DNA from: an uncultured delta proteobacterium
Lineage (GTDB): Bacteria; Desulfobacterota; Binatia; UBA9968
Direction of reading: 5' to 3'
Assembly (NCBI GenBank): GCA_963840855.1
Contig: CAWJBB010000079.1
Coordinates: 32,001 to 96,000 of the forward strand
DNA length: 64,000 nucleotides
The translations under genes were made by a program, and so were the position numbers. The notes under the pieces are model-generated. The model saw only the letters and a list, made by a program, of their open reading frames with translations, ran no database searches and was not told the origin of the DNA. Within the stretch, counting starts at the first letter, position 1. Each line of letters opens with the position of its first letter. Positions 19,617 through 29,496 of the stretch are shown piece by piece.

Positions 19617-20603
19617 ATGAACATCGATCTCCACTCTCATTTTTTTCCCGTTGAGGCGCTGCAAAATCCCGGCAAGTACCGGGATCGCGCGCCGAAAGTC
19701 GTACTGGAAAACGGCAAGTTGTCCGTTACGTCTCAGATCGGATTCCGCCCGGGGCTTGGTCCAGGCGCATACGATCCGGTGGCGCGGATCAAAGCGCTGG
19801 ATGAGATGAGCATTGATTTGCAAGCGATCTCGCCGTCGCCGATCTTGCTCTTTTACTGGGAAGAGCCGGCGGTGGCGGCGCATTTTTCGCGTAAGCAAAA
19901 CGAGGCGATTCAAGAGGTCGTAAAGAAACACCCCGATCGCTTCATCGGTTTCGGTAGCGTGCCGCTGCAGAGCGTTTCTGACGCCATCGCCATTGCGCAA
20001 GAAGCGAAAAGCATGGGGCTTAAAGGCCTGGAGATCGGCAACGCCGTTGGTGACAAACCCCTCGACGATCTCATGTTCGAGCCGTTTTTCGACGCGGCCC
20101 AGGAATTGGACATGCTTTTGTTCGTTCATCCGCTCGAAGGCGGATTGGACGCCGATGATCCGCTATCGCCGATTCTCGGCAACGTACTGCAATTCACTTT
20201 TCGCACGACGATGATGGTCGAGCGCATGATTCTCAAGGGCATGTTCGAGAAGTATCCCAATCTCAGGTTGTGCCTATCCCACGGCGGCGGTCTGCTCGCG
20301 TTCAACATCTGGCGTCTCGACCATTCTTATGGGCTGCGATCTGAATTGAGAAAACAGCTGCCGCGAAAACCTTCCGAGTATCTCAAGAAAATGTATTTCG
20401 ATTCCATCGTTCATTCGGCCACCGCTCTACAGTATCTGGTCAAAGTCGCCGGCGCCGACCGGGTTGTCATCGGCACGGATTACCCAATGGCGATGGGCGA
20501 CTTCGAGCCGGTCGCCAAAGTCAAGGAACTCGATCTTTCAACGCCGGAGCGCGAGCTGATTCTCGGCGGCAATGCGGCGCGGGCCTTGAATCTTGAGAAG
20601 TGA
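19617..20603 (+). CDS. Amidohydrolase_2 family (ACMSD-like decarboxylase)
   Basis: IDLHSH, LFVHP, HGGG and GTDYP motifs. Confidence 0.92.
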   Translation: MNIDLHSHFFPVEALQNPGKYRDRAPKVVLENGKLSVTSQIGFRPGLGPGAYDPVARIKALDEMSIDLQAISPSPILLFYWEEPAVAAHFSRKQNEAIQEVVKKHPDRFIGFGSVPLQSVSDAIAIAQEAKSMGLKGLEIGNAVGDKPLDDLMFEPFFDAAQELDMLLFVHPLEGGLDADDPLSPILGNVLQFTFRTTMMVERMILKGMFEKYPNLRLCLSHGGGLLAFNIWRLDHSYGLRSELRKQLPRKPSEYLKKMYFDSIVHSATALQYLVKVAGADRVVIGTDYPMAMGDFEPVAKVKELDLSTPERELILGGNAARALNLEK

Positions 20604-20736
20604 AGATAGCAACACCCTCGTGTCGCAAGCTCAATGCTTGACTGTCTCTCTTCGTCCTTGACGGGCACAAGTCACTTGGAATATGGTCCGTTTCGGTTTG
20701 CCATATTCGGTTTAATCCGTGACCAAAGGAGGTCCT

Positions 20737-21220
20737 ATGCCGGCATTAAGAGCCATTTTTCCAAAGCTCGCTTCTTGTAGGTGTCATTATCTTCACTTCA
20801 CTCGCCTCGGCGCAAAGCCCTTCGTACGGGCCCGATATCACCCTCGACGCCGCGAAAAAGCTTGCCGCAGGAGCGCTCGCCGAGGCGCAGAAAAATAAAT
20901 GGAACGTCGCCGTTGCGATCGTCGACAACCACGGCGCGCTCGTTTACTACGAACGCATGGACGATACCCAGAGCGCTAGCCCGGTGATCGCCATTGAAAA
21001 GGCGCGCAGCGCTGCGATGTTTCGCCGTACGACGCGGGCCATGGAGGACACGGTCAACAAGGGACGAACGTCGTTCTTGGGTATACCTCTTGCCACGCCA
21101 ATCGCCGGCGGGCTGCCCATCGTGGTCGCTGGAAAAATCGCTGGAGGCATCGGTGTGAGCGGCGTCACTTCAGATCAAGACGAGCAAGTCGCCAAGGCCG
21201 GCCTCGAAGGGCTGAAATAA
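20737..21220 (+). CDS. GlcG/HbpS family heme-binding protein, exported; +1 T frameshift at 20756-20760
   Basis: Removing one T gives MPALRAIFQSSLL..SAQSPSYGPDITL..VAIVD..ERMD..GGLPI..GGIGVSG..DEQVA; RBS AAGGAGG. Confidence 0.85.
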
Positions 21221-21222
21221 GA

Positions 21223-21999
21223 GTGCCGTTACTCTCTATTGAGGGTGTCCGCAAAGAATATCAGGTTCGAGGTAAACGGGTCTTGGCCCTCGACTCCGTG
21301 GATCTCAACATCGGTGAGGGTGAGTTCGTCACCATCGTCGGTCCGTCGGGCTGCGGCAAGTCGACCCTGCTGAACTTGATCGTCGGCCTGCTCCGTTCGA
21401 CCGTCGGGCGCATCGTTTTTCGCGGCAATCTCATTGACGGCATTTGCCCGCAAATCGGTTACGTTACCCAGAAGGACAATCTATTTCCCTGGCGCACCTT
21501 GGTAAAAAACGTCGAGATCGCGCTGGAAATTAGAGGCATCGACAAAAGCGCCCGGCGGCGCCAAGCGGAGGCATTGATCGAGCGCGTCGGCCTGCGCGGA
21601 TTTGAAGACCATTATCCCCATGAGCTGTCCGGCGGCATGCGCCAGCGCGCCAATATCATCCGCACGCTCATCTACGATCCGGAATTGATCCTCATGGACG
21701 AGCCTTTCGGCCCGCTGGACGCCCAGACCCGCATCGTCTTGCAGGATGAGCTTTTGAAGCTCTGGTCGGCGACTAATAAAACTATTATCTTCATCACCCA
21801 CGATTTGATCGAAGCGATCACCTTGGCGGACCGAGTCGTGCTGATGAGCTCCCGGCCCGGCCGGATCAAGTCTGTCGAGCCGGTCAACATCGCGCGGCCT
21901 AGAGACGTGTTCAAGATTCACGAAAGCGAGCAGTTTCGCGCTGTCCATGAAAAGTTGTGGAGAGAATTGCGCCCCGAAGTGAAGTTGGCAGAAGCGTAG
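21223..21999 (+). CDS. NitT/TauT ABC transporter ATP-binding protein
   Basis: GPSGCGKST, LSGGMRQR, LMDEPF and ITHD motifs. Confidence 0.95.
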   Translation: MPLLSIEGVRKEYQVRGKRVLALDSVDLNIGEGEFVTIVGPSGCGKSTLLNLIVGLLRSTVGRIVFRGNLIDGICPQIGYVTQKDNLFPWRTLVKNVEIALEIRGIDKSARRRQAEALIERVGLRGFEDHYPHELSGGMRQRANIIRTLIYDPELILMDEPFGPLDAQTRIVLQDELLKLWSATNKTIIFITHDLIEAITLADRVVLMSSRPGRIKSVEPVNIARPRDVFKIHESEQFRAVHEKLWRELRPEVKLAEA

Positions 22000-22014
22000 A
22001 AAGGAGACTTCCTT

Positions 22015-23025
22015 ATGAAACAGTTCATGGCCATCGTTTGCGCAGCGCTTTGGTGCCTTGGCGTTGCGCTGTCGGCGGACGCGCAAGCGCCGAGACAAGT
22101 GAAAATGACGATTCCCGTCGTGGCCCACTCCATGACGCCGGTTTACATCGCCCAGAGCAAGGGGTTCTTCGCGGAGGAGAAACTGGAACCGGACATCACT
22201 TCCACGGGCGGCGGCGGGCCCGATATCCGGGCGCTCATCGCCGGCGATGTTGAATTTAGTTTTACCACCGGGGACAACGTGATTCTCGCCCAGCAAGAAG
22301 GCAAGAGACTCTTGATGGTCATGAGCGGCCTCAACAAGGTTTTTATCAATTGGGCGATGCACAGGGAGACGGCCAAGGCGAAAGGCATCACCGAGTCGAT
22401 GCCCTTGGCGGAGAAAATCAAAGCGCTCAAAGGGCTGACCGTGGGAGTCACCAATCCCGGCGCGCTGACCGCACACCTTGCCGCGTTCGTCATACGCAAG
22501 GCGGGCTACATCCCGCAGCAAGACGTGCAGATCGTTCCCATCGGCGCCGGGCCCACTTGGCTCGCCGCCCTGGAGAATCGCAAGGTCGACGTCGCCTTGA
22601 CCGCGCCGCCGGTGCCCGAGACCGCGATCAGCCGGGGTTTCGCGATCATGTTCATCAACAATGCCAAAGGCGAGGACCCGTCGATCCCTGAATTCCTCAT
22701 GGAAAATCTCATCGCTCGTCCTGAGACCGTCGCCAAAGATCCCGATCTCGTGCGCCGCATGGTGCGGGCGCTGACTAGGGCCAACCGATGGGCATTGCAA
22801 AATTCCGCTGAGCAGGTGGCCGACGCTCTCAAGCCATTCATGGCGAAGACGCCGCCCGAGCTGTTGTTGGCGGGGGCTGCCGCGGTGCTGCCGACCTTGA
22901 GCCCGGACGGCCGCACCAGCGAACGGAGCTTCCAGATAACACAAGACATCCTCGAACAGGCGGGACTCCTGAAAAAGCGCGTGTCCTACGCGGATCTCGT
23001 GACGAATGAGTTCCTGACCAAATGA
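22015..23025 (+). CDS. NitT/TauT ABC substrate-binding protein
   Basis: Signal peptide; KGFFAEEKL and LKGLTVGVT motifs; operon context. Confidence 0.92.
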   Translation: MKQFMAIVCAALWCLGVALSADAQAPRQVKMTIPVVAHSMTPVYIAQSKGFFAEEKLEPDITSTGGGGPDIRALIAGDVEFSFTTGDNVILAQQEGKRLLMVMSGLNKVFINWAMHRETAKAKGITESMPLAEKIKALKGLTVGVTNPGALTAHLAAFVIRKAGYIPQQDVQIVPIGAGPTWLAALENRKVDVALTAPPVPETAISRGFAIMFINNAKGEDPSIPEFLMENLIARPETVAKDPDLVRRMVRALTRANRWALQNSAEQVADALKPFMAKTPPELLLAGAAAVLPTLSPDGRTSERSFQITQDILEQAGLLKKRVSYADLVTNEFLTK

Positions 23026-23807
23026 TCAGCCGCGGACGACTTTTTCTTTACCGGCTGATTTTCGGTCTCTTCCTGCTCGCTCTCTGGGAGTTGAGCTCAG
23101 GGCGATTGATCGATCCGTTTTGGGTATCGAGCCCATCGAAGGTTTTCATGTATATCTACGAAGTGTTTGCCGACGGCTCGATCTACGGCCACCTCGGGAT
23201 CACTCTCTACGAGACCTTTACCGGCTTTTTTATCGGCTCCATCTTCGGCATCGGACTCGGCTTTGTCCTCGGGCGCCGAGAAACCCTGGCGGATATCCTG
23301 GACCCTTATGTCGTCGCTTTTAACGGCATTCCGCGCATCGCGCTGGCGCCGCTGTTCATAATCTGGTTCGGTATCGGTCCGACTTCGAAGGTTATTCTGG
23401 TCATCAGCGTGGTGTTTTTTCTGACCTTTTTCAATACTTTTGCCGGGGTCAAGGGCGTGGATGCGGAGCTTAAGAACGTCCTGCGCATTATGGGGGCCAC
23501 GGAGCGCCAGATTCTCATGAAAGTCACCCTGCCGGCGATCGTGCCGTGGATCACCACGGGCCTAAAGATCGGCCTTCCTTACGCCATCGTCGCCGCCGTG
23601 GTGGGAGAATTTATCGCCGCCAGCAAGGGCCTGGGTTACCTGATCAATTACAACACGTCGCTTTTTTCGACTACAGGCGCGCTGGGCGGCATATTGATCC
23701 TCGCGCTCGTGGTCGTAGTGTGCAACGAGGCGATCAACCGCGCGGAATCCTATCTTCTGCGCTGGCGTCCGCGGGAAGAGAAAAAGAGCGAGGGCGAATT
23801 GTATTAG
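23022..23807 (+). CDS. NitT/TauT ABC permease
   Basis: IPRIALAPLFIIWFG and VVGEFIAASKGLG motifs. Confidence 0.95.
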   Translation: MISRGRLFLYRLIFGLFLLALWELSSGRLIDPFWVSSPSKVFMYIYEVFADGSIYGHLGITLYETFTGFFIGSIFGIGLGFVLGRRETLADILDPYVVAFNGIPRIALAPLFIIWFGIGPTSKVILVISVVFFLTFFNTFAGVKGVDAELKNVLRIMGATERQILMKVTLPAIVPWITTGLKIGLPYAIVAAVVGEFIAASKGLGYLINYNTSLFSTTGALGGILILALVVVVCNEAINRAESYLLRWRPREEKKSEGELY

Positions 23808-23808
23808 A

Positions 23809-23933
23809 GCAGGCCGCTGAAAAAGACCCATATGCTTCGTTGCGCTCGACCGATTTCGCGTCAACGTACAGGAGTACGCCTCCGCTCATCGATCTTCGCG
23901 CGCCTTGCCTCTGGATCTTTTTGAGCGGCCTGC
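23809..23933. mobile_element. ~125-bp MITE/REP-like element, family A
   Basis: Terminal inverted repeats GCAGGCCGCTGAAAAAGA / TCTTTTTGAGCGGCCTGC; related copies at 28025 and 60491. Confidence 0.75.
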
Positions 23934-23996
23934 AAAGAGCTTTCTTATTTGCAATTCGTGCGCTGCTGAAGCTTGCCACAGGCAACGGCGCGCACT

Positions 23997-24052
23997 GTTC
24001 GTGGTTCGGGTTAGAAAAACGAGCACGATCACGAGCAACGAGCACGACAACC
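23997..24052. repeat. CGAGCA hexamer repeat element, family B
   Basis: AAAAACGAGCACGATCACGAGCAACGAGCACGA; related at 59670-59714 and 60545-60612. Confidence 0.65.
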
Positions 24053-24071
24053 AGCCTGCCAGGTGTGAAAA

Positions 24072-25514
24072 TCATTTTCCGAGGGCGCGCTTTAACACGC
24101 TTCTTTGCGCCTCGGTGGCGTCGCGAATCACCTGGGCGACGTCGATGGCGGTCAGCCGGCGGTCGCGTTTGAGGATGCGGCCATCGACGACGACAGTGTC
24201 GACGTTGAACGGCTGCGCCGACTGGACGATGAGCAGCGCGGGGTCGTAAAACGGCGCGGTATTCAAATCGTCGGTGCGAATGAGAATCAAATCGGCGCGC
24301 TTCCCTGGTGTGAGAGATCCGACACGGTCCGCGATGCCCAACGACTTGGCGCCGTCCAGGGTCGCTAATTCGACAACGCGCCGCGGCTGCACCTCCAGCA
24401 CATTCATTGAGCGCAAGTGGTTCAATTGCAGCGCCAGGCGCATGATGCCGAACATATCGACGTTGCCGCCTACGGTGGTCGTGTCAACCGAAAGACTGCA
24501 CTGCACGCCGCGCTTCATGAGATCGCCAAGATAGGGCAGCCCCGATGCCAGCCGCGACGCCGTGTAGGGCGCGACGCTCACCATCGTGCGCGTCTCGGCC
24601 ATGATCTGCCGCTCCTGTTCGGTGGCGTTGTAGGTATGAATCAGCAGCATGTCGGGTCCTAAAAGCCGGTCTTTGTGCAACATGCCGATGCGGCTGAATT
24701 TCTTGACCTCGCCGATGGAGCGGTTGCTGTGAATGGTGATCGGTAAACCGAGCTTGCGCGACAGCTCGATCTCGCGGCGGTAGACATCCGGCGGCGTGCT
24801 GCCCGGCCCGCGCGCGGCGAATCCCATCGTAATTAATGGATCGCCGGTCAATTCTTTTTTCACCCGTTCGATGTCGGCAAAGTTAGTGACCTGATCGGGC
24901 CGCTCCTGCAACTCACGGCTGTAGCCATAGGAAAAACGTGAGCGCACGCCGCTTTCGCGCAATGCGCGTAGATCCGCGTCCGCGTGCGCCGGCGTGCTGA
25001 GGTTATGCGACCAATCGTGAATCGTCGTCAGACCGGAGTCGAGCGCTTCAGCGATCCCCAAGCGCACGCTCCGGTAAGCAATGTCCGGCGTAATATCCGG
25101 GCCGATGCGCGTCATTACCGGGAAGTAGTCCATGTCGCCGTCACCAACCACGCCGCGAACGAAACAATTCCATAGATGGAAATGAGTTTCGACGAAGCCG
25201 GGCAGGGCGATCATGTTCCGCCCATCGATGGCTTCCGCTCCCGGCGCCGCTACTTCGCTGCCCACGGCGACAATTGCGCCGTTTTGCACATGAACGTCGC
25301 CGCGCGGCAAATCGCCGATCTTGGGGTCCATGCTCATGACGTAGGCGTTGCGCACGACAAATTCATCGCGCGGCGGCAGGCCGCCCGCGGCGGAGCGTCG
25401 CGCCGCGCCGGTCTGCGCCGGCGCGCAGCCAAACTGCCCGATCATCCCCGCGGCGCCCAGCGCAGCGCTCGCTCCCAAAAATCCACGGCGGCTAAATTTT
25501 CTGTCATCGTCCAT
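24072..25514 (-). CDS. Tat-exported amidohydrolase (deaminase/chlorohydrolase-like)
   Basis: SRRGFL twin-arginine motif; PGFVETHFH and GSLTPGKRADL motifs. Confidence 0.9.
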   Translation of the reverse strand: MDDDRKFSRRGFLGASAALGAAGMIGQFGCAPAQTGAARRSAAGGLPPRDEFVVRNAYVMSMDPKIGDLPRGDVHVQNGAIVAVGSEVAAPGAEAIDGRNMIALPGFVETHFHLWNCFVRGVVGDGDMDYFPVMTRIGPDITPDIAYRSVRLGIAEALDSGLTTIHDWSHNLSTPAHADADLRALRESGVRSRFSYGYSRELQERPDQVTNFADIERVKKELTGDPLITMGFAARGPGSTPPDVYRREIELSRKLGLPITIHSNRSIGEVKKFSRIGMLHKDRLLGPDMLLIHTYNATEQERQIMAETRTMVSVAPYTASRLASGLPYLGDLMKRGVQCSLSVDTTTVGGNVDMFGIMRLALQLNHLRSMNVLEVQPRRVVELATLDGAKSLGIADRVGSLTPGKRADLILIRTDDLNTAPFYDPALLIVQSAQPFNVDTVVVDGRILKRDRRLTAIDVAQVIRDATEAQRSVLKRALGK

Positions 25515-25910
25515 GGCCAGATTTCTCCTTTGCGTCGCGCGGCCCCTCCGTTGCAATTCTCCTGCGCGAGGGCGCCCGTTAGGTTCGCCGTTTTTCTCCA
25601 ATAGCGCAGCGTATCGCAGCGCGTCAAACGATATTCCGCGTGTTCTGAATGCCACGCTCGGAACTCAGCTGCGATGGGTGCGAGAATCCGCTCGCCGTAG
25701 AGTCGAACCATAGACAGGCTTTTCAAAGGTCAGGCAGGTCTTTGTGACAGCTTCTTTGCTTGACAAAGAAGCGCGCCAGGGACTAGCGTTCAGCGAAACC
25801 CATAGTTAGCCGGTTGGGGCTTTCTGGCTGAGGAATTCTTCGCCAATTTGGAACATTGCCGGAATAATAGCGAGAGCCGTCGAAACCCAATTGGAAGGGA
25901 ACAACTGAAC

Positions 25911-27011
25911 ATGACGATTCGAGGCCGTTCTTCGACAATCGCCGGAACCACAACATGGGCTTTCATCGTAGCCACTCTTTTATCCACCGCAGGAGCATCC
26001 GTAGCGGCGAGCGTGGAGGAGGTGGCGCTGCTCAAGTCTGCCAACCGCGAAAAAGTCCTTATTGAAGGCGCGAAAAAGGAAGGCAAGGTCATGTTCTATA
26101 CCGGCCTCATCGTCGATCAGGTGGTGCGGCCGCTAAAGCAGGCCTTTGAAAAAGAATATCCTTATCTCCAGGTAGAGTTTTTCCGCGGCAACTCGGAGCG
26201 CATCGCCCAGAGAGTGCTCGCCGAATACCAGGCCAAGCGTTATGACGTCGACCTCATCAGCGGCAGCGCCGCGACGACCATGGTGAAGCAGGCCGGCTAC
26301 ATGCAGCGTTTTTATTCGCCCCATTTAGCGGAATATCCCGCCGAGCTCAAAGACGCCAAGGGTTTCTGGGGCACTACGAATGTTTATTTCATGACTCTCG
26401 GCTACAATACTCGCATGGTCAAAGCCGCCGAAGTGCCGAAAACCTACGAAGACCTGCTCCACCCCCGGTGGAAAGGCCAGATGATGTGGTCCACCAGTAC
26501 CGGCTCCGGCGCGCCGCAGTTCATCGGCAACATTCTGCTCACGATGGGGGAAGAAAAAGGCAAAGCCTATATACAAAAACTAAAAAGCCAGAATATCGCC
26601 AAGAGCACCGCCAGCGCGCGGCAGATACTCGACCTGGTGATCGCCGGCGAATATCCATTGGCAATCCAGATTTTCAATCATCACGCGTATATCAGCAAGC
26701 AAGCCGGGGCGCCGGTGGAGTGGCAGCCCCTCGAGCCGGTCACCGCCACGATCAATACCGTCGGCCTGGCGCGACACGCCCCGCGTCCTTATGCGTCGAT
26801 GCTGTTCCTCGATTTTCTGCTTTCGAAGAGAGGCCAGAAAGTCGTGCAACTTTCGAATTATCTCCCATCGCATCCGGAGATGCCCGCGCTCCAAGCAGAC
26901 CTCAAGCCGGGAGGCGGGCGAATCAAAAAAGCCCATTATCTAAGCCCGGAAATCATCCAGGACAAGAGCGACGCATGGGGCGATTATTTTCAGAAGGAAT
27001 TCATGAAATGA
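25911..27011 (+). CDS. ABC substrate-binding protein, close paralogue of 14725..15807
   Basis: Shared blocks LIVDQVVRP, FFRGNSER, QRFYSPHLAEYPAELKD, RWKGQMMWST and IFNHHA. Confidence 0.92.
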   Translation: MTIRGRSSTIAGTTTWAFIVATLLSTAGASVAASVEEVALLKSANREKVLIEGAKKEGKVMFYTGLIVDQVVRPLKQAFEKEYPYLQVEFFRGNSERIAQRVLAEYQAKRYDVDLISGSAATTMVKQAGYMQRFYSPHLAEYPAELKDAKGFWGTTNVYFMTLGYNTRMVKAAEVPKTYEDLLHPRWKGQMMWSTSTGSGAPQFIGNILLTMGEEKGKAYIQKLKSQNIAKSTASARQILDLVIAGEYPLAIQIFNHHAYISKQAGAPVEWQPLEPVTATINTVGLARHAPRPYASMLFLDFLLSKRGQKVVQLSNYLPSHPEMPALQADLKPGGGRIKKAHYLSPEIIQDKSDAWGDYFQKEFMK

Positions 27012-28135
27012 GCGGATCTATGAAGAACATGACACGCCGCATCGGCATCGACTTCAAAGACGAAGGAACCGGCAGCGAGTTGTCCGCGCGAGATGTTCTC
27101 GACCTGGCGCGCCAGGCGGAAGCGGCCGGCTTCGAAAGCATGTGGCTCAACGAGGACATCGGCAGGGATTCGGTGGCCATGCTTTCCGCCATCGCGACGA
27201 CCACCAAGTCCATTGGAGTAGGCACGGCGATCATCAACGTTTATACCCGCTCCGCGTTTCAGATCGCGATGGCGGCGGCGACCCTCGATGACCTCTCTCA
27301 GGGTCGCACGCGCCTGGGATTGAGCGTTGGCCATCATCCCTGGAACGATCTAGCGCATGGCATTCCGCTCGAAGCGCCGCTCGCCCGGCTGCGCGAATAT
27401 GTGCAGTTCATCCGCAAAGCGCTGACCGGCAAACAATTCACCCATGACGGCCGCTTCTTTTCCGGCGTCAATAGCAAACTCGGCGTTAGCCAGCCGCGGC
27501 CGGATTTGCCGATTTACATTGGGGGGACCCGGCCTCGCATGGTGGCCCTGGCCGGCGAGATTGCCGACGGGTTATTGACCAACGTCGTGTCGCCTTACTA
27601 CATCGCCAACTTCTCGGCGCAGCAGTTCCATGACGCCGCCCGCAAAGCGGGACGCGATCCGAACCGGCTGGAATTCACGGCCATTGCCACCTGTTGCGCC
27701 CATGACGATCGCTCAACGGCTCTCGACCATGCCCGCGCTACTTTTATACAACGCTTGCGCGGCAACCCGGACCGCATGATCGAAACCCAGCGTCCGGAAC
27801 ACCGCGATGAGCTGCTCGCTCTAAAAGATCTAGTGGCGCGAGGCGAAATCGAGCGCGCTCAAGAACAGGTGAGCGAACCTTTGGCGACGTCCTTCGTTGG
27901 CGCCGGAAACGGTGATGATATCCGGCGCACCCTCGATAATTATTTCACCGCCGGCTGCACCCGCGTCATCGTCGCGCCGTTTCCGCGCGGCAAAGCATCC
28001 GCGGAACGGCTGATCAGAGCGCTTGCGGATGCTGAAGACCCAGTCTTCGTTGCGCTCGTTCGATCGCTTCAACGTGTTCGCTCTGTACGCCTCCGCTCAG
28101 TCGAATCTCGCGGCCTAGCATCTAGAACATTTTGA
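27008..28135 (+). CDS. LLM class (F420/flavin-dependent) oxidoreductase with a repeat-derived C-terminal tail
   Basis: AEAAGFESMW.NED, ATLDDLSQGR.RLG and LAGEIADG motifs; ATGA overlap with the upstream stop. Confidence 0.9.
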   Translation: MSGSMKNMTRRIGIDFKDEGTGSELSARDVLDLARQAEAAGFESMWLNEDIGRDSVAMLSAIATTTKSIGVGTAIINVYTRSAFQIAMAAATLDDLSQGRTRLGLSVGHHPWNDLAHGIPLEAPLARLREYVQFIRKALTGKQFTHDGRFFSGVNSKLGVSQPRPDLPIYIGGTRPRMVALAGEIADGLLTNVVSPYYIANFSAQQFHDAARKAGRDPNRLEFTAIATCCAHDDRSTALDHARATFIQRLRGNPDRMIETQRPEHRDELLALKDLVARGEIERAQEQVSEPLATSFVGAGNGDDIRRTLDNYFTAGCTRVIVAPFPRGKASAERLIRALADAEDPVFVALVRSLQRVRSVRLRSVESRGLASRTF

Positions 28136-28144
28136 TTAGCCTGC
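28025..28144. mobile_element. Degenerate family A element overlapping the LLM gene 3' end
   Basis: CTTCGTTGCGCTCG..TCAACGT..GTACGCCTCCGCTCA..GCCTGCAA is colinear with 23809..23933. Confidence 0.7.
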
Positions 28145-28169
28145 AAACTCGAAACTCGACACAACGTCG

Positions 28170-29333
28170 CTATTTCACTACCCCTTGCGATCGCAGATCG
28201 GCAAGCTCCGCAGCCTTCAAACCTAGAATTCCGGTCAGAACCTCGTCGGTATGTTGGCCGATGGCGGGCGAATCGGCGCGGATGCTCGCTGGCGTCTTGG
28301 ACATATGAATCCACGGCGCCAGCAATTTAATTGGTCCGGCGGTGGTATGGTTGCGGTCGATGAACGCGTTTCGTTCTTTGATATGCGGATCTTCGATCAC
28401 CTCGCCCATCGACAATACCGGCGCGCCGAAATAGTCGATGTGGCGCAGCCCGTCCCAGAGTTCCTGGCGCGTTTTGCCGCGCGCCCACGCTCTGATCAGT
28501 TCTTGCAGCTGTGCGCGATTCTGCCGACGCGCCGGCGCGCTCCCGAAGCGATCGTCTTCGATCAGATCGTTCCGTTCCATGAGCTTTGCTAGCTTCACCC
28601 AGCCGCTGTCGCTGAGGTCCGGAATGCGCAAAGTAAAATAGCCGTCGGCCGCCGGAACGGGCTTATTGCCGATTTCGATGCCGATAAAGTGTTCGTGAAA
28701 TTCGCTGATCATGAAACCGAGTAGCGCTTCTTGCATCGAGACGACGATTCTTTGCCCTTCGCCGGTGCGCTCGCGGGCGTGGAGCGCTGCTAAAATTCCG
28801 CACACCATGCTGACGCCGGCGGCCTCGTCGCCGATGCCGATAGCTTTAGTTCCCGGCGCGCCGTTGTAGTTCCATCCGGTGTGGGTCCAACCGGTCATGC
28901 TGTTATTCGTGTGCGCGGTGCTGCCATAGTCTTTGTAGGGTCCCGATTCGCCGAAGCCGCGGGAGCAGGCGTAGATGAGCCGCGGATTGATTTTCTTGAG
29001 ATCGTCGTAGCCGAGGCCGAATTTCTCCATCGTTCCGGTGTGGTAGTTTTCCACCACTATATCAGCGCGGGCAATCAACTGACGCGCCAGCTCGACACCT
29101 CGCGCGGTTTTTAAATTGAGCACCACGCTCTTCTTGTTGGCGTTGATCCATAAAAACTCGTAGCCATCTATTTTTGCATCGGGCGGCATCCATGAGCGGC
29201 GAAAGCCGTCGCCGGTGGGGGGCTCGACCTTTATGATCTCCGCGCCCATGTGACCGAGCATCATAGTGCAGAACGGTCCATTTAACGCGTGCGTGAAATC
29301 GATAACGCGAATATCATCCAGAGCGCCAGGCAT
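28170..29333 (-). CDS. CaiB/BaiF class III CoA transferase
   Basis: LDDIRVIDFT..GP, GAEIIKVEPP.GD, NANKKSV.LNLK, VENY and SRGFG..GP motifs. Confidence 0.95.
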   Translation of the reverse strand: MPGALDDIRVIDFTHALNGPFCTMMLGHMGAEIIKVEPPTGDGFRRSWMPPDAKIDGYEFLWINANKKSVVLNLKTARGVELARQLIARADIVVENYHTGTMEKFGLGYDDLKKINPRLIYACSRGFGESGPYKDYGSTAHTNNSMTGWTHTGWNYNGAPGTKAIGIGDEAAGVSMVCGILAALHARERTGEGQRIVVSMQEALLGFMISEFHEHFIGIEIGNKPVPAADGYFTLRIPDLSDSGWVKLAKLMERNDLIEDDRFGSAPARRQNRAQLQELIRAWARGKTRQELWDGLRHIDYFGAPVLSMGEVIEDPHIKERNAFIDRNHTTAGPIKLLAPWIHMSKTPASIRADSPAIGQHTDEVLTGILGLKAAELADLRSQGVVK

Positions 29334-29496
29334 GATGCCTCCTTTGTTAAGAAAGGATAAGGGATAAAGGCGGAAGGATGAAGCAAACTCTGAGACCTCT
29401 CGGCCACCACCCTTTCGTCGTTTCCCATCATTCCATTATTCCATCACTCCACTTTGTGCTTATAGAGGGCGAAACTTCACGTGACTCGTGGACTGT

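Noticed and set aside
21481-22944. 487-aa antisense ORF (also 13047..14114, 30001..30639, 35954..36700 and similar)
   Set aside because: Shadow or alternative frames of well-supported GC-rich genes, with no recognisable motifs
25620-25726. Possible remnant of an LLM C-terminus (VRLYGERILAPI)
   Set aside because: Too short to support without a database search
26468-27007. Apparent 180-aa N-terminal extension or fusion of the LLM protein
   Set aside because: It is an alternative frame of the upstream SBP gene; the real start is the ATGA-coupled ATG at 27008
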